Shown here: positions 26,315-35,941 of the stretch, one piece after another
Position numbering within the stretch: the first letter of the stretch is position 1
How the letters are laid out: the number at the start of each line of letters is the position of its first letter
Assembly (NCBI GenBank): GCA_043745805.1
Contig: JAYTSD010000033.1
Span: 1 to 43,460 of the forward strand
Direction of reading: 5' to 3'
Source of the DNA: Fibrobacteria bacterium
GTDB taxonomy: Bacteria > Fibrobacterota > Fibrobacteria > UBA11236
Length of the DNA stretch: 43,460 nucleotides
The notes under the pieces: model-generated
Seen by the model: only the letters and a program-made list of their open reading frames with translations
Databases searched by the model: none
Told to the model about the DNA's origin: nothing
Translations under genes and position numbers: made by a program

Positions 26315-27527
26315 AACGTAAAGCCTCAATAGGATTTAGCTTAGCCGCTTTACGCGCGGGAAACCATCCGAAAAAAATCCCAATGGCTGCTGAAAAGCCA
26401 AATCCAAAGGCAATGGAAAGCCAAGAAACCTTAATAGGCCAGTCTTGTAAACTGGAGATGAATGTACAAACTCCTAATCCTAAAAGGATTCCTAATAATC
26501 CTCCTACAAAACTAAGACCCAAAGCCTCCACCAAAAATTGCCATAATACATCGCGACTACGAGCGCCCACAGCCATACGAATGCCTATTTCACGTGTACG
26601 TTCGGTAACCGATACCAACATGATATTCATAATGCCTATGCCTCCTACCAAAAGGGACACACTGGCGATGCTGGCTAAGAGAATACTTAGGGTTTTGGAA
26701 GTTTCTTCAGCTGCATTGCCAATATCGGTTTGCGTACGTATGGTAAAGTCAGGAGTATCTCCTTGGTTACGCCCTCGTCTGTCTAAAAGGGTTTGTTTAA
26801 TTTCAGCACGCGCTTCCTCGATTTGATCGGGTGTGGTTGCTGAGGCTATCAACGAATTGGCAAAAGTTATTCCCATGATTTTTTTTTGAACCGTGGAAAA
26901 GGGTGCCAGAATCACATCATCTTGATCTTGCCCTAAGGCATTTTGCCCTTTGGCTGCAAGGGTTCCAATTACTTTGAATAGAACATTGCGAATGCGTATA
27001 TCCGTTCCTACAGGATTTATTCCCAAACCATATAAATTTTGAATTACGGTTTGGCCCAAGACACAAACCTTGCTCGCGCTTCGTAAATCACTTTCACTAA
27101 AAATATTTCCTTCCTCAATAGCCCAATCGCGTATTTCTAAATAGCTGGGATAAGTTCCCGTAACATTAGTGCGCCAATTTTGATTTTGGTATTTTACTTG
27201 TGATCCCTGTCGTACAATTGGAGAAAAGGCTTTGACTGCGGGACAATTTTTACCCGTGGCTAAAGCATCGGCCTCGGTTAAATTGGCTGCGGCACCGGCT
27301 TCAGTGCGTACACCGCCTTTGGTAACACTTCCTGGGAAGATGAGAATCACATTTGTGCCTAAGCTCGCTATTTGCGAATTAATCGCATCGCGACTACCCT
27401 GACCTACCGCTAGCATTGCGATTACTGCGGCTACGCCAATGATAATGCCCAGCATGGTTAGGAATGAACGTAATTTATTGCGGTTTATGGAACGAATAGC
27501 TAAACGGAGAATATTTGCAAAACTCAT
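26307..27527 (-). CDS. MacB-family ABC permease
   Basis: RSFLTMLGIIIGVAAVI and VGGIGIMNIMLVSVTERTREIGIRMAVGA; ends PIEALRYE. Confidence 0.95.
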   Translation of the reverse strand: MSFANILRLAIRSINRNKLRSFLTMLGIIIGVAAVIAMLAVGQGSRDAINSQIASLGTNVILIFPGSVTKGGVRTEAGAAANLTEADALATGKNCPAVKAFSPIVRQGSQVKYQNQNWRTNVTGTYPSYLEIRDWAIEEGNIFSESDLRSASKVCVLGQTVIQNLYGLGINPVGTDIRIRNVLFKVIGTLAAKGQNALGQDQDDVILAPFSTVQKKIMGITFANSLIASATTPDQIEEARAEIKQTLLDRRGRNQGDTPDFTIRTQTDIGNAAEETSKTLSILLASIASVSLLVGGIGIMNIMLVSVTERTREIGIRMAVGARSRDVLWQFLVEALGLSFVGGLLGILLGLGVCTFISSLQDWPIKVSWLSIAFGFGFSAAIGIFFGWFPARKAAKLNPIEALRYE

Positions 27528-27530
27528 CAA

Positions 27531-28289
27531 TTAGTTTTTCTTCAATGTTGAAGCTTCATTTTGCATTTCTTGCAATTGTGCTTCTGCATCAACAGGATGT
27601 GCATTGCGCATATCACTTAAAATTTTTCCATCGCGAAAAGTAATGGTTCTTTGCCCAAAGGCCGCAATATCAGATTCATGGGTAACCATAATCACGGTAA
27701 TTCCTTGCGCATGTAATTTTTGAAAAACGGAAATAATCTCCACGCTGCTTACACTATCCAAGTTACCCGTAGGCTCATCCGCTAAAATCAATGCGGGCTT
27801 ATTCACCATGGCCCTTGCGATGGCCACTCTTTGTTGTTGTCCACCCGATAATTGACTCGGAAAATGCCATAGCCTTGCGGCTAAACCCACGGCGGTTAAA
27901 GCGGCCACAGCGCGTTCCCGAATTTCCGTCGAACTTATTTTACCGGCATATAATAAAGGCAATTCCACATTTTCCACCGCAGTAGTACGCGATAATAAAT
28001 TAAATGATTGGAATACAAAGCCCAGAGTTTGATTACGCAAAATCGCTAAGGCATCGGGATTTAAATTTTGGGCTTCGACCCCATTAATACTATAGCGGCC
28101 ACTTGTGGGGATGTCGAGACAGCCTAAGATATTCATCAGGGTTGATTTACCTGAACCACTAGCACCCATAATACACACAAATTCACCTTGTTGAATTTCC
28201 AAATCAATACTTTGCAAAGCTTTGACATCATTGCCTTCCAAAGGATAAACCTTGGAAACGCCTTCCAGTTTAAGAATGGGAGTAGACAT
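27531..28289 (-). CDS. MacB/LolD-type ABC ATPase
   Basis: GASGSGKSTLMNILGCLD, LSGGQQQRVAIARA, ADEPTGNLD. Confidence 0.95.
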   Translation of the reverse strand: MSTPILKLEGVSKVYPLEGNDVKALQSIDLEIQQGEFVCIMGASGSGKSTLMNILGCLDIPTSGRYSINGVEAQNLNPDALAILRNQTLGFVFQSFNLLSRTTAVENVELPLLYAGKISSTEIRERAVAALTAVGLAARLWHFPSQLSGGQQQRVAIARAMVNKPALILADEPTGNLDSVSSVEIISVFQKLHAQGITVIMVTHESDIAAFGQRTITFRDGKILSDMRNAHPVDAEAQLQEMQNEASTLKKN

Positions 28290-29476
28290 TAGAAGCGACG
28301 CATAGATCCGCCCATCGGAGGCGTGCTACCCGGCATGGCATTTTTAGCAGCGCTAGCTTTGGTTTCAATTTGCCCCAAAATAAGTAATTGTCCAACTGCT
28401 AAATCTCCCGTAACTTCAGTGTAACCTCCATCACTTAACCCTAGAGTAACTGTAACTTGGTGAGGTTTGCCATTTTCTAAAATAAAAACTTTGCCTTTAT
28501 TTGCCTCATGGTTTTCATTTCCCTTTTTACTTTTCATGTTTAAGCTATCGATTTCCTTTGGATTTTGGGGAGCGTTGAATTTTAAAGCGGCAGAAGGCAC
28601 TTTCAGCACCGCCGCATGTGACTCCACCTGTAAGGAAATATTGGCTGTCATGCCTGGAAGTAATAATTGATTTTTATTATCTACCGTAAGAATCACTGTA
28701 TATTCTACCACATTTTGCACGGTAGTAGGTTGTAATCGTACTTCGGTAACAAGGCCATTAAACGTTTTTTCGGGATAGGCATCTACACGAAAAGTGGCCT
28801 GTTGATTTTGATGTATGGCCCCAATATCGGCTTCATCTATACTGGCGCGTACTTCCATTTTACCTAAATCATCGGCAATAGAAAATAATGTTGGCGTGCT
28901 AAAACTCGCGGCAACCGTTTGCCCGGGATCAACTTGCCGAGCAATGACTATACCGTCAATGGGTGAGCGAATGGTGGCATACCTTAAATTGATGCGTGCT
29001 CTCGCTAATTGGGATTGCGCCGCTTGCACATTCGCTTTAGCGGTTTCGGCATTGGCATCGGCTTGTTCCCATTCGACTTGCGCTGCCAACCCTTTATCCA
29101 ATAACATTTTGGAACGCTGTAATTCTTTACTGGTTAATTTATCTTGTGCAGCCGCTTTGCGTAAATTCGCTTGCGCATCCTGCATTACAGCGTAAAGGAA
29201 AACAGTATCGAGCACTGCAAGAATTTGCCCTTTTTTAACATGGCTATTAAAATCAGCCTGCACTTTGGCTAGCGTTCCCGAAACTTGTGTGCCCACTTGT
29301 ACAATAAGATGGGGGTTTAACGTGCCGGTAGCGGTAACCGCTTTGTTTATATCGCCTTTTTCTAGGGTCGCGGTGCGCCATTTGATAGGGGCTTCACGTT
29401 GAGCAAGAAAAAACCAAATGCCACCCGCTAAGGCTAAAAGTAAAGTTATTCCGACCAAAGTCTTCCAATTTTTCAT
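28289..29476 (-). CDS. Efflux periplasmic adaptor (MacA-like MFP)
   Basis: N-terminal TM, VGTQVSG, IRSPIDGIV, GQTVAASF.TPTLF, LLPGMTA. Confidence 0.93.
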   Translation of the reverse strand: MKNWKTLVGITLLLALAGGIWFFLAQREAPIKWRTATLEKGDINKAVTATGTLNPHLIVQVGTQVSGTLAKVQADFNSHVKKGQILAVLDTVFLYAVMQDAQANLRKAAAQDKLTSKELQRSKMLLDKGLAAQVEWEQADANAETAKANVQAAQSQLARARINLRYATIRSPIDGIVIARQVDPGQTVAASFSTPTLFSIADDLGKMEVRASIDEADIGAIHQNQQATFRVDAYPEKTFNGLVTEVRLQPTTVQNVVEYTVILTVDNKNQLLLPGMTANISLQVESHAAVLKVPSAALKFNAPQNPKEIDSLNMKSKKGNENHEANKGKVFILENGKPHQVTVTLGLSDGGYTEVTGDLAVGQLLILGQIETKASAAKNAMPGSTPPMGGSMRRF

Positions 29477-30828
29477 TGCACTTTTTCTCCTTCGGCCAAC
29501 GAAGGTAACTGCAATGTTCCCATGGCTTTTTGTAAATGGGCCTGCGCAATATGCGCATCACAAATGGCTTGTATACGTGCAATACGCGCATTTGCTAAAG
29601 AAAGTTCGGCATCTTTAAGTTCCAAAGCATTACCCGAACCTAGACGATAGCGTTCCTGTGCCAAATCCAAAGCCAATTGGGCTTGTGCACTTAATTTTTC
29701 TGCACTTTGCAAACGTTGTAAAGCTTCATGTTGCGCATAGGTTTGTTGCTGCACTTCCAAAGAAATATTTTGCTTTAAACTTTTTTCCGAAGCCATAAGG
29801 ATTTGTAAGTTTCCTTTCGAAGCTGCAATGGACGCTTGTTGTGCGCCACCGGAAAAAATAGGTAAAGATAAGCCCAAACCTAAATTCCAATTTCGACTCC
29901 AGGCTGTGTTAAAATCAGAACCGCTCCAGCCATAACTGGCCAAGCCGGTTAATTCGGGCCAACGATTACGTTCCGCAGCCTTAATGGAAGCTTCTCCAGC
30001 TTCTTTGTGCAATTTTGCAGCGACAAGCTCAGGATGATTATCTAAGGCTTGTTGCATTTCCGGCAGGTCAGGAGAGAGCATTGGTAAAACAGTTAGACTT
30101 TCGCTTAAAGTGACAGGAAACGCCAAAGTTACCCCTATGGCATTTTCTAATTTCACATGACTATTATGCATTTCATTTTCGGCGCGGATTAAGTTTAATT
30201 GAGCATTGGCGACTTCTACTTCGGCCTGAATGACATTATAACGTGTCCCTTTACCTGTCTCTAAAAAACCTTTGACTTGATCTAAATGGGCTTGGGCATG
30301 ATTTAAGGCGTCACGATTTACCAGTAATACAGCTTGGGCCTGTAATAAAGTGAAGTATGCGGTTTCCGCGCCTAAGGCCACAGCTTGTTTAGAGGCTTTT
30401 GTTTCGGCTTTGCTAGCTTCCCATGATTTTTCTGAGCCGGTAATTTTCGCGGACGTTTTTCCAAAATCCCATAGATTTTGTTGAGCACCCAATTCAGTGG
30501 ATAGACTGGAGGTTTTAGTAAAGGTTCCGGAGTTTCCTATTTCATTGCCGTGGCGAGAGGCATTCGCCTGGACTCCAATTTGCGGCCAGAATGGAGCTTG
30601 ATTACTTTTCAAATTGGATCGCGCAATGGATTCACTTCCTTCTGCAGAAAGAATTTGCGGGTGATTTTGCAAAGCTAAAGCAACGCTTTGTTTGAGTGAT
30701 AAGGTTTCCGTTGCAAACCCTAATACATGTAAAACCAAGGTTAAGTTTAAAATTAAGCGCAGTTTACTTGTGTGCTGGATTAAGCGCTGGAATAGGTCCT
30801 GCAAAATGTTCATTCTATTCCTAAACAA
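29473..30828 (-). CDS. TolC-family outer membrane efflux protein
   Basis: LSLKQSVALALQNHP, NLWDFGK, LSLPIFSGG, ERYRLG. The start is TTG 30828 or ATG 30813. Confidence 0.92.
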   Translation of the reverse strand: MFRNRMNILQDLFQRLIQHTSKLRLILNLTLVLHVLGFATETLSLKQSVALALQNHPQILSAEGSESIARSNLKSNQAPFWPQIGVQANASRHGNEIGNSGTFTKTSSLSTELGAQQNLWDFGKTSAKITGSEKSWEASKAETKASKQAVALGAETAYFTLLQAQAVLLVNRDALNHAQAHLDQVKGFLETGKGTRYNVIQAEVEVANAQLNLIRAENEMHNSHVKLENAIGVTLAFPVTLSESLTVLPMLSPDLPEMQQALDNHPELVAAKLHKEAGEASIKAAERNRWPELTGLASYGWSGSDFNTAWSRNWNLGLGLSLPIFSGGAQQASIAASKGNLQILMASEKSLKQNISLEVQQQTYAQHEALQRLQSAEKLSAQAQLALDLAQERYRLGSGNALELKDAELSLANARIARIQAICDAHIAQAHLQKAMGTLQLPSLAEGEKVQ

Positions 30829-30945
30829 TGATTTTCCACCCTACTAAGCAAGTTAATCTACAATATATGGGTGCTTTGAACTGTAACACATTGTAAACAC
30901 TTTAAATTCCCAAAAGAACTTGAGAGAAATTTGATAAGCTGAGTA

Positions 30946-30974
30946 TTGCCAATAACTTAAATAAGGTTTACCTT
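30946..30974 (+). promoter_or_regulatory. Sigma70-type promoter immediately before der (leaderless candidate)
   Basis: TTGCCA (30946-30951), 17-nt spacer, TACCTT (30969-30974), 7 nt, then ATG 30982. Confidence 0.6.
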
Positions 30975-30981
30975 TGGCCCC

Positions 30982-32436
30982 ATGCGAATGGCAAAAGTAG
31001 TTATAGTAGGTCGTCCCAATGTGGGCAAGAGTAGTTTTTTTAATCGAGTAGTCGGATATAAAAGTGCGGTAGTCGCCGATCGTGAAGGGGTAACCCGCGA
31101 TAGGCATTATGAAATCGCCGAATGGTCTGGCATTTATTTTCAAATGATCGATACCGGTGGATTTATCCATAAGGAACTCGATACCATCGATGAACAAGTC
31201 CGTTTACAAATTGATGCCGCATTGGCTGATGCGGACATTGCTTTATTCTTAACCGATGGTCGTGCCGGTGTGACAGATTTGGATTTACAATTTGCCCGCG
31301 TTTTACAACGCAAAAAAGTACCCTCTTTTTTAGTGGTAAATAAAGCCGAATCCAAACATGTCGCCGCCGAGGTCTCAGCTTTTTGGACTTTAGGTTTGGG
31401 TGAACCTTGGCCGGTATCCGCCCTACATGGCGATGGCATTGCCGATTTATTGGATGCTGTAGTGGAAAAATTACCCCATAAGCCAGTGGAAATTCCGCCT
31501 GATCCGGCGATACGCGTTGCAATTTTAGGCCGTCCCAATGCAGGTAAAAGTACTTTGGTAAATCATTTGGTGGGTGAAAACCGTGTGATTATTTCAGAAA
31601 TAGCAGGTACCACGCGTGATGCTATCGATACCGAGTTCATGTATGGTGAGCATAAAATTATTTTAACCGACACTGCGGGATTACGTCGCAAGGCGCGCGT
31701 TAATGATGATGTGGAATACTATTCCAATTTACGGGCCATTGAAGCCATTCGTCGCAGTCATGTTTGTGTGCTATTAATTGATGCCAGTCGCGGTATGGAA
31801 ATTCAAGACTTTCGTATTCTTGCGCAAATACAAACTGCTGGCAAAGGCCTAATTATTTGCCTTAATAAATGGGACTTGGTTCCAGCTGAAGACAAAACTT
31901 TTGATCATATGGTGAAGGAATTAGTGTATAAAGTTCCTGATTTGGAATTCTATCCTATGTTTCCGATGTCCGGTTTAACTGGCAAGCGCACACCGCGTTT
32001 GCTAGAAGAAATTATCAAAGTAAAATCCAATTTAACCCGAATCATTGGCCGTGATAAGGTGATTAAATATTTTGAAGAAACCGTAGGTTATCATCCTCAT
32101 CCTTCTACTTCGGCAGGGCCGGTCGTTTTGAATCGCGCTTGCCAAGTTATGGTAAATCCTCCGGCTATCGCTTTTGAAACGCGTAAGCCCACTATGGTGA
32201 ATGAAGGTTATATCCGTTATTTGCGTCGCCAAGCATTTGAAATATTTGATTTAAAGGGCGTCCCTTTGCGCATTTGGTTCCGTAGTCGTTTTCAATTGCG
32301 TACCGATGAAGAATTGCAACAATTTTTAACCCGCACGGGCGATGCTTCTTGGACGGAAGAAGAATGGGAAAAAACTTTTGCGGATGACGAAGGTCATGCA
32401 GAAATTGGAGAGGACAGCTTAGGAGAGGGCGAATGA
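30982..32436 (+). CDS. der: Ribosome biogenesis GTPase Der (EngA)
   Basis: Two G domains (GRPNVGKS/GVTRDR/DTGG/NKAE and GRPNAGKS/GTTRD/DTAG/NKWD), a KH-like domain and an acidic C-terminal tail. Confidence 0.98.
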   Translation: MRMAKVVIVGRPNVGKSSFFNRVVGYKSAVVADREGVTRDRHYEIAEWSGIYFQMIDTGGFIHKELDTIDEQVRLQIDAALADADIALFLTDGRAGVTDLDLQFARVLQRKKVPSFLVVNKAESKHVAAEVSAFWTLGLGEPWPVSALHGDGIADLLDAVVEKLPHKPVEIPPDPAIRVAILGRPNAGKSTLVNHLVGENRVIISEIAGTTRDAIDTEFMYGEHKIILTDTAGLRRKARVNDDVEYYSNLRAIEAIRRSHVCVLLIDASRGMEIQDFRILAQIQTAGKGLIICLNKWDLVPAEDKTFDHMVKELVYKVPDLEFYPMFPMSGLTGKRTPRLLEEIIKVKSNLTRIIGRDKVIKYFEETVGYHPHPSTSAGPVVLNRACQVMVNPPAIAFETRKPTMVNEGYIRYLRRQAFEIFDLKGVPLRIWFRSRFQLRTDEELQQFLTRTGDASWTEEEWEKTFADDEGHAEIGEDSLGEGE

Positions 32437-33059
32437 ATTTTCCGCTTTTACTAAGTTCACTGTTAGCCTCCTTAGCCGGCTATTTATTAGGCTCCATTCC
32501 TTCAGCGATTTGGATAGCTAAATACTTTTACTCCACCGATATTCTTGCTGTGGGTAGCAAAAACCCCGGCATGACCAATGTGCTGCGAACTTTGGGTTGG
32601 AAACCTGCCATTCCCGTAACGCTTTTGGATGCCGGCAAAGGGTATCTCGCCTGTTACCTCGCTTTTTATTGGACCCATAACTCCCAAGTTGCTTTAGCTG
32701 CAGGGGTTTGCGCCATCATAGGGCACTCTTTTACTTGCTTTGCGAGGTTTAAAGGGGGCAAAGGCGTATTAACAACACTTGGTATTTTTATTTATTTGGT
32801 GCCGATAACTTCATTGGTGATTTTTGCTGTTTGGGGTTCGGTGGTTTGGCTCACACGTTATGTAAGTTTAGGATCGGTATTAGCCGCTTTGGTCTTACCT
32901 ATTTCGGTTTATACGGAATATCGCTTTTCCCCTGACCGGCATTTACTCTCGGTTTTTTATGTGGCTTTGGGTATTTGTTTTTTTGTAGTTTATCGACACC
33001 GATCGAATTTATCTCGTCTCCGAATGGGGACGGAAAATAAGCTAGGCATGAAACGATGA
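32433..33059 (+). CDS. plsY: Glycerol-3-phosphate acyltransferase
   Basis: YLLGSIP, GSKNPGMTNVLR, GH.F..F..FKGGKGV, HRSNL.RL..GTE; ATGA overlap with der. Confidence 0.97.
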   Translation: MNFPLLLSSLLASLAGYLLGSIPSAIWIAKYFYSTDILAVGSKNPGMTNVLRTLGWKPAIPVTLLDAGKGYLACYLAFYWTHNSQVALAAGVCAIIGHSFTCFARFKGGKGVLTTLGIFIYLVPITSLVIFAVWGSVVWLTRYVSLGSVLAALVLPISVYTEYRFSPDRHLLSVFYVALGICFFVVYRHRSNLSRLRMGTENKLGMKR

Positions 33060-33580
33060 ATAAAACTGAAAATAAAATTGCAAACAATTCTAATTTGAAG
33101 CAGCTCGACGAAGGGAAACTCTATTATTCCATTTCTGAAGTCTGTGCTTTAACCGGATTAGAGCAACATGTTTTACGGTATTGGGAATCCGAATTTACGC
33201 AACTTAAACCCAAAAAAAATCGTGCAGGAAATCGTGCCTATCGTCTTAAAGACATTAAACTCATTCGCTATATTAAATATTTACTCTATGAAGAGATGTT
33301 TACCATTCCGGGTGGAAAAAAGAAACTTTCGGATTTAAAACCTTCGGAATTAGAAGGCCAAATTAATTTGTTGCGTTCTTCCTTAATTTTGTCAGAAATC
33401 TCTAAGCCAAAGAAGATTGAAAAATCCAAGATAGACGCGGCTACTATATCGGTTTCGGACTCCTTAAATAAGTCTATTACTAATCTTACTAATGCAAAGA
33501 AACCTGAAGAAAATCAAGAACATCTTTTAGAACTGCGTAATGAATTAAAAAATATTCTTCAACTTTTGGATCAAGCCTAA
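33056..33580 (+). CDS. MerR-family HTH regulator
   Basis: KLYYSISEV....LEQHVLRYWESEF..LKP.KNRAGNRAY. Confidence 0.92.
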   Translation: MNKTENKIANNSNLKQLDEGKLYYSISEVCALTGLEQHVLRYWESEFTQLKPKKNRAGNRAYRLKDIKLIRYIKYLLYEEMFTIPGGKKKLSDLKPSELEGQINLLRSSLILSEISKPKKIEKSKIDAATISVSDSLNKSITNLTNAKKPEENQEHLLELRNELKNILQLLDQA

Positions 33581-34914
33581 TGGATTGGAAGTCATTTTTT
33601 CGTCCACCTCATTCTGTACACATCGCAGGGCATGGCGTAGGCCAATTTTATTTTTCTGAGGGTCATTTAAAAGCCATTCAATTTCTTGAGCAAGCTCAAA
33701 ATGTTGATCATAAATGGGTACGCCATACCACAAAAATTATTGAAGGGGTTGCGGGCATTCCCTTTTTGCATTTAGATATACGCACACCATTTGGTGAATC
33801 CGCAGATGAAGACTTGGTTAACAAAGCTTTAGAAGAAGCCTTAGGTCCAAAAAAAGACAATTATATTTTACGAGCTTGGCATATACTCTTTGTGGAGGAT
33901 TCGCATTTAGGTTCTAATCATCGGGTTTTTGCCGAATTAAAAAAATCTAAAAAAGATACCGAAATACTTTCGGCTGATGTATCTATCCCGATGGAAATTG
34001 GCTTGGAAGCCATTGGCGAGGAAATAGCTGCACAAACAAAATGCTTGCATTTTCAATTAGTCTATGAATTAGATACCATGCTATATTCTTGGATTTTTCA
34101 TAATGGCGCCCCTTATCATTTACTTTGCTTGAATATTACCCTTGAAGCTGATCTTGTGCAAAGGCTACTAGCGCATCGGCAATTTTTAGTCGGTCAAGAA
34201 AAAAATGGAAATTTGATTTTAAAATCATTCGCTTTAAATCAGGTAAACAAACAGTCCGAACCTGTTAAAAATTGGGCAAAGGCCATGGATTCGGTCGAGA
34301 TATGGCAAGGTCCCGTTGCTTATGCAAATTTATTGCATTATGGTTTAGCCTCCGTGCTAAAAAATCCAGCTTTACAAGAACATGCCCGCCCACAAAAAGC
34401 CCATACTTTTACACTCATTCGCAATCGTTTTTTTGCAGGACAAATGTTATTAGCGACATTTATTTTCTGCCTTGTGATTTTGTCTATAATGGGAATTTAT
34501 TTTAATGGTATTAAGCGCGAACATCATAAGCTAATGGCTGTGGCGGATACACATGCTTTGCAAATCAAAAATATTTCGCATTATCGTTTAGAAAAAATCC
34601 AATTGGAAAGCAAAGCTTTGGAATTGAAACCCGTTTGGAAATCGGGATACGCTTGGAAAATTATTTTGCAAAGTATTGCCAATGCCTTACCGGAACATTC
34701 GGGATTAGAAGGTCTCATGGTTACTCAAACTCCTACGGGGGGATCGGATTTATCCTTTCGGGCTTGGGTTAAAGATTGGAATGCTATTCGTGGAATTCAA
34801 ACCAAGTTGGAAAAAATTCCTGAATTTAAATCCGTAAGTTTAACCGATCAAAAAAGAGATTTAGCGAGTGGATTGGTTATTTTTCATGTTAATTGTCTTT
34901 TGGAAAAGCCATGA
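33580..34914 (+). CDS. GspL-like (PilM-PilN-type) assembly platform protein
   Basis: About 285-aa cytoplasmic part, one TM, a coiled coil and a PilN-like C-terminus (ILQSIANALP..., FKSVSL..., FHVNC); first gene of the cluster. Confidence 0.6.
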   Translation: MDWKSFFRPPHSVHIAGHGVGQFYFSEGHLKAIQFLEQAQNVDHKWVRHTTKIIEGVAGIPFLHLDIRTPFGESADEDLVNKALEEALGPKKDNYILRAWHILFVEDSHLGSNHRVFAELKKSKKDTEILSADVSIPMEIGLEAIGEEIAAQTKCLHFQLVYELDTMLYSWIFHNGAPYHLLCLNITLEADLVQRLLAHRQFLVGQEKNGNLILKSFALNQVNKQSEPVKNWAKAMDSVEIWQGPVAYANLLHYGLASVLKNPALQEHARPQKAHTFTLIRNRFFAGQMLLATFIFCLVILSIMGIYFNGIKREHHKLMAVADTHALQIKNISHYRLEKIQLESKALELKPVWKSGYAWKIILQSIANALPEHSGLEGLMVTQTPTGGSDLSFRAWVKDWNAIRGIQTKLEKIPEFKSVSLTDQKRDLASGLVIFHVNCLLEKP

Positions 34915-35468
34915 ATTTGTCCGCACTCTCTACGCATTTAATGCAAAAACGTTTCTGGATTGCCGCTTGGTTTGCCCCGGTATTATTATTGTGGGCCTTT
35001 GGGCAATGGGTGCTAATACCCCTAGTCAATAAAATCCATCAAGAAAACTTAGCCGTTATGGCTTTACGCGAAAATATTTATCAAAAATCATGGCTCGACT
35101 CCACTGAACAAAAATTACAAAGCGAAGTAAATGCTCTACAGAAATTTTACACGGAGAAACAAGCAGCACTAGCTCCTAATTTATCAATGCAAACCCTAAT
35201 TGATCAAGTTCGTAATATGGCACAATTAAGTGGGGTAACGGTTTTGCGCACCACACCAACTTTAATGCAAACGCAACCTTTAAAGTCTTTAAAAATAAAA
35301 GTGGATGGGCTAACTACCTACACTCAATTGCTTGATTTCTTGGGCAAGTTACCCTCGCAATATCCTTACTTATTCTTGGAAGATTTAATTATTCGTAAAT
35401 CACAAAATAAATTGGAAACGCAATTTTCTTTTTACGCTTTTATTCCCGCTGGAGTTTCCTTACCATGA
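34911..35468 (+). CDS. GspM/PilO-like protein
   Basis: ATG 34911 (ATGA overlap). N-terminal TM, coiled coil, LIDQVRNMAQLSGV and TYTQLLDFLGKL. Confidence 0.7.
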   Translation: MNLSALSTHLMQKRFWIAAWFAPVLLLWAFGQWVLIPLVNKIHQENLAVMALRENIYQKSWLDSTEQKLQSEVNALQKFYTEKQAALAPNLSMQTLIDQVRNMAQLSGVTVLRTTPTLMQTQPLKSLKIKVDGLTTYTQLLDFLGKLPSQYPYLFLEDLIIRKSQNKLETQFSFYAFIPAGVSLP

Positions 35469-35941
35469 ATTTATTTAAAAAATGGTGGCCAGCCTTAGGA
35501 GCGTTTATACTCTCGATTTATGCTGTGAATGCTTTATATATACAACTTCCTCATGGTGCTGAAATGCAAAAACAAAAAACTAAAGGGGAGATTTCAGCGG
35601 ATGAATTGGTTGATTTAGCCTTAGCTTCTTTAAAAGAAAAATCATCCACACGCATAGATTCAGATTCGGGTGCTGGAAATAATAATCCCTTTCAAGAAAT
35701 ACATATTGCCGAAAAACCTGCAAATTATGTGCATACACCCGCCGCGCCTCCACCTCCTAGACATTATGTATTAAAGGGAACCGTGGGAAATAATGTCGCC
35801 AGTATAACCAATAATTCAGGACAAAAAAAAATTCTGCGTGAAGGAAATGTTATTGATTCCGCACAAGTGATTTCCATATCACCCAATCGCGTTATATTAA
35901 AAGATCGAGCGGGAACTTTTGAATTGTCGCTGGAAAAATAA
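35465..35941 (+). CDS. GspC/PilP-like protein
   Basis: N-terminal TM, NPF motif, Pro-rich linker, then LKGTV...A.I...ILREG..I..AQVISISPNRVIL (HR-like domain). Confidence 0.65.
   Translation: MNLFKKWWPALGAFILSIYAVNALYIQLPHGAEMQKQKTKGEISADELVDLALASLKEKSSTRIDSDSGAGNNNPFQEIHIAEKPANYVHTPAAPPPPRHYVLKGTVGNNVASITNNSGQKKILREGNVIDSAQVISISPNRVILKDRAGTFELSLEK

Noticed and set aside
30969-30976. TACCTTTG (also 15249-15256) as a Bacteroidota TAnnTTTG promoter
   Set aside because: Equally explained as a standard TAnnnT -10 with a properly spaced TTGCCA; other promoters and SDs in the window are of the canonical type.
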